Assembly: GCA_005191425.1 (NCBI GenBank)
Contig: SUPR01000125.1
Location: forward strand, 1-8,315
Reading direction: 5' to 3'
Source: Candidatus Helarchaeota ASGARD archaeon Hel_GB_B
GTDB lineage: Archaea > Asgardarchaeota > Lokiarchaeia > Helarchaeales > HEL-GB-B
Length of the DNA stretch: 8,315 nucleotides
Part shown: positions 7,549 through 8,315 of the stretch, one piece after another
Layout: every line of letters starts with the position of its first letter
Numbering within the stretch: the stretch's first letter is position 1
Program-made: the position numbers and the translations under genes
The notes under the pieces: model-generated
What the model saw: the letters and a program-made list of their open reading frames with translations, nothing else
What the model was told of the DNA's origin: nothing
The model's database searches: none

Positions 7549-7759
7549 TTTACGCCACAAAAATCCTTTAATTTAAAATTTACTGAGTTAAAATTAACAA
7601 AATTCATTTTTTAAGAATCAAATTTATATTATTTTTTTCAAGTTCATTAATTATTTCTTTTTAAATGTTAATTACTTCTGTTTTTTAACTTATATTCCTA
7701 CTATTTTTAAAAAGTTAGAAAAGATATATTAATTTTCTATTTATTATATTTTCAGTATA

Positions 7760-7769
7760 TTTATATAAA
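7760..7769. promoter_or_regulatory. Palindromic TATA-box candidate TTTATATAAA in the DUF1786/selD divergent region
   Basis: A perfect 10-bp palindrome reading the archaeal consensus TTTATATA on both strands. Confidence 0.4.
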
Positions 7770-7775
7770 CAATAT

Positions 7776-7782
7776 GGAGGTG
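7776..7782 (+). promoter_or_regulatory. Shine-Dalgarno site (GGAGGTG) for selD
   Basis: A perfect archaeal SD in otherwise extremely AT-rich DNA, 8 nt upstream of the in-frame GTA 7791. Confidence 0.65.
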
Positions 7783-7790
7783 CAAGTCCC

Positions 7791-8315
7791 GTAAAAGAAA
7801 ATTATCGACTTACCAGACAAGTAAAAATCCATGGTTGAAGTTGCAAAATAGATAAATTAGAATTAGACAAGTTATTGGAAACATCTAACATAAAAATTAG
7901 ATCTCCTAAAATTATCATGGGGATCGGAGATGATGCTGCAGTTATAAAAATTAATGATGAGTTAGTCGCTATTAAATCAATTGACGTTTTTACTCCAATT
8001 ATAGATGACCCAATATTACAAGGAAAAATCACTGCCTGCAATGTTACAAATGACATTTATGCAATGGGTGCCACCAACATTATTGGTGTCCTTGTATTCC
8101 TTGCTATTGACCCAGAGATGCCCCTTGAAGTTTCATCAGGCATTCTTAAAGGGTTTCAGGAATTTAGTATTAATAATGGAACCACTATAATTGGTGGACA
8201 AACAATCCAAAATCCTTGGCCCCTAATTGGCGGCGAAGCAACTGCTATTTGGCCAATTGATAAAGTAATATATTCTTCAAATGTAAAAATTGATGACTAT
8301 TTAGTCTTAACAAAA
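7791..8315 (+). CDS. selD: Selenide, water dikinase (selenophosphate synthetase), selenocysteine-containing, 3'-truncated by the window edge
   Basis: Manual translation gives (V/M)KENYRLTRQVKIHG-U(TGA 7836-7838)-SCKIDKLELDKLL...MGIGDDAAVIK...KSIDVFTPIIDDPILQGKITACNVTNDIYAMGA...KGFQEF...IIGGQTIQNPWPLIGG...DYLVLTK. These are the hallmark SelD motifs, closest in style to Methanococcales-type SelD (LT..VK.HGU.CK). The start codon is uncertain. Confidence 0.95.
7836..7838 (+). other. In-frame UGA recoded as selenocysteine (catalytic residue of SelD)
   Basis: The TGA sits in U-S-C-K, equivalent to C17-x-C19-K20 of E. coli SelD. SelD-like sequence continues in frame on both sides. Confidence 0.92.

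Noticed and set aside
7606-7700. Protein-like minus-strand reading (KEIINELEKNNINLILKK*) in the intergenic region
   Set aside because: It is interrupted by in-frame TAA codons, has no start, and is explainable by AT-rich composition.
7836-7838. selD as a pseudogene with a premature stop
   Set aside because: The TGA falls exactly on the catalytic Cys/Sec position and the rest of the frame is intact, which is the expected selenoprotein signature.
7839-7890. Bacterial-type SECIS immediately 3' of the UGA
   Set aside because: The sequence is A-rich with no convincing stem-loop by eye. Folding was not computed.
7802-8190. ORFs 7802-8056 (-) and 8005-8190 (+)
   Set aside because: Alternative-frame shadows of the selD coding sequence.
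1-8315. CRISPR arrays, tRNA/rRNA genes, transposases or IS ends
   Set aside because: I saw no regular repeat-spacer array, GC-rich structured RNA, transposase-like ORF or terminal inverted repeats.

Overview
Very AT-rich archaeal-looking region, most consistent with an Asgard (Lokiarchaeia/Helarchaeales-like) genome; the lineage is inferred. Left half: a glycosylation cluster with a GT4 glycosyltransferase, two multi-TM GT-C-fold glycosyltransferases and a small double zinc-finger protein. Right half: a [4Fe-4S]-type LarE sulfur insertase, an unusually long Trm112, a DUF1786 ASKHA-fold protein and the 5' part of selD, which the ORF track missed. selD carries an in-frame UGA at the catalytic position (H-G-U-S-C-K), so it is a selenoprotein. 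Two genes (GT4 and selD) appear to start at non-canonical codons (CTG 221, GTA 7791). Each codon lies 7-8 nt downstream of a strong Shine-Dalgarno and abuts the stop codon of a small upstream ATG ORF.
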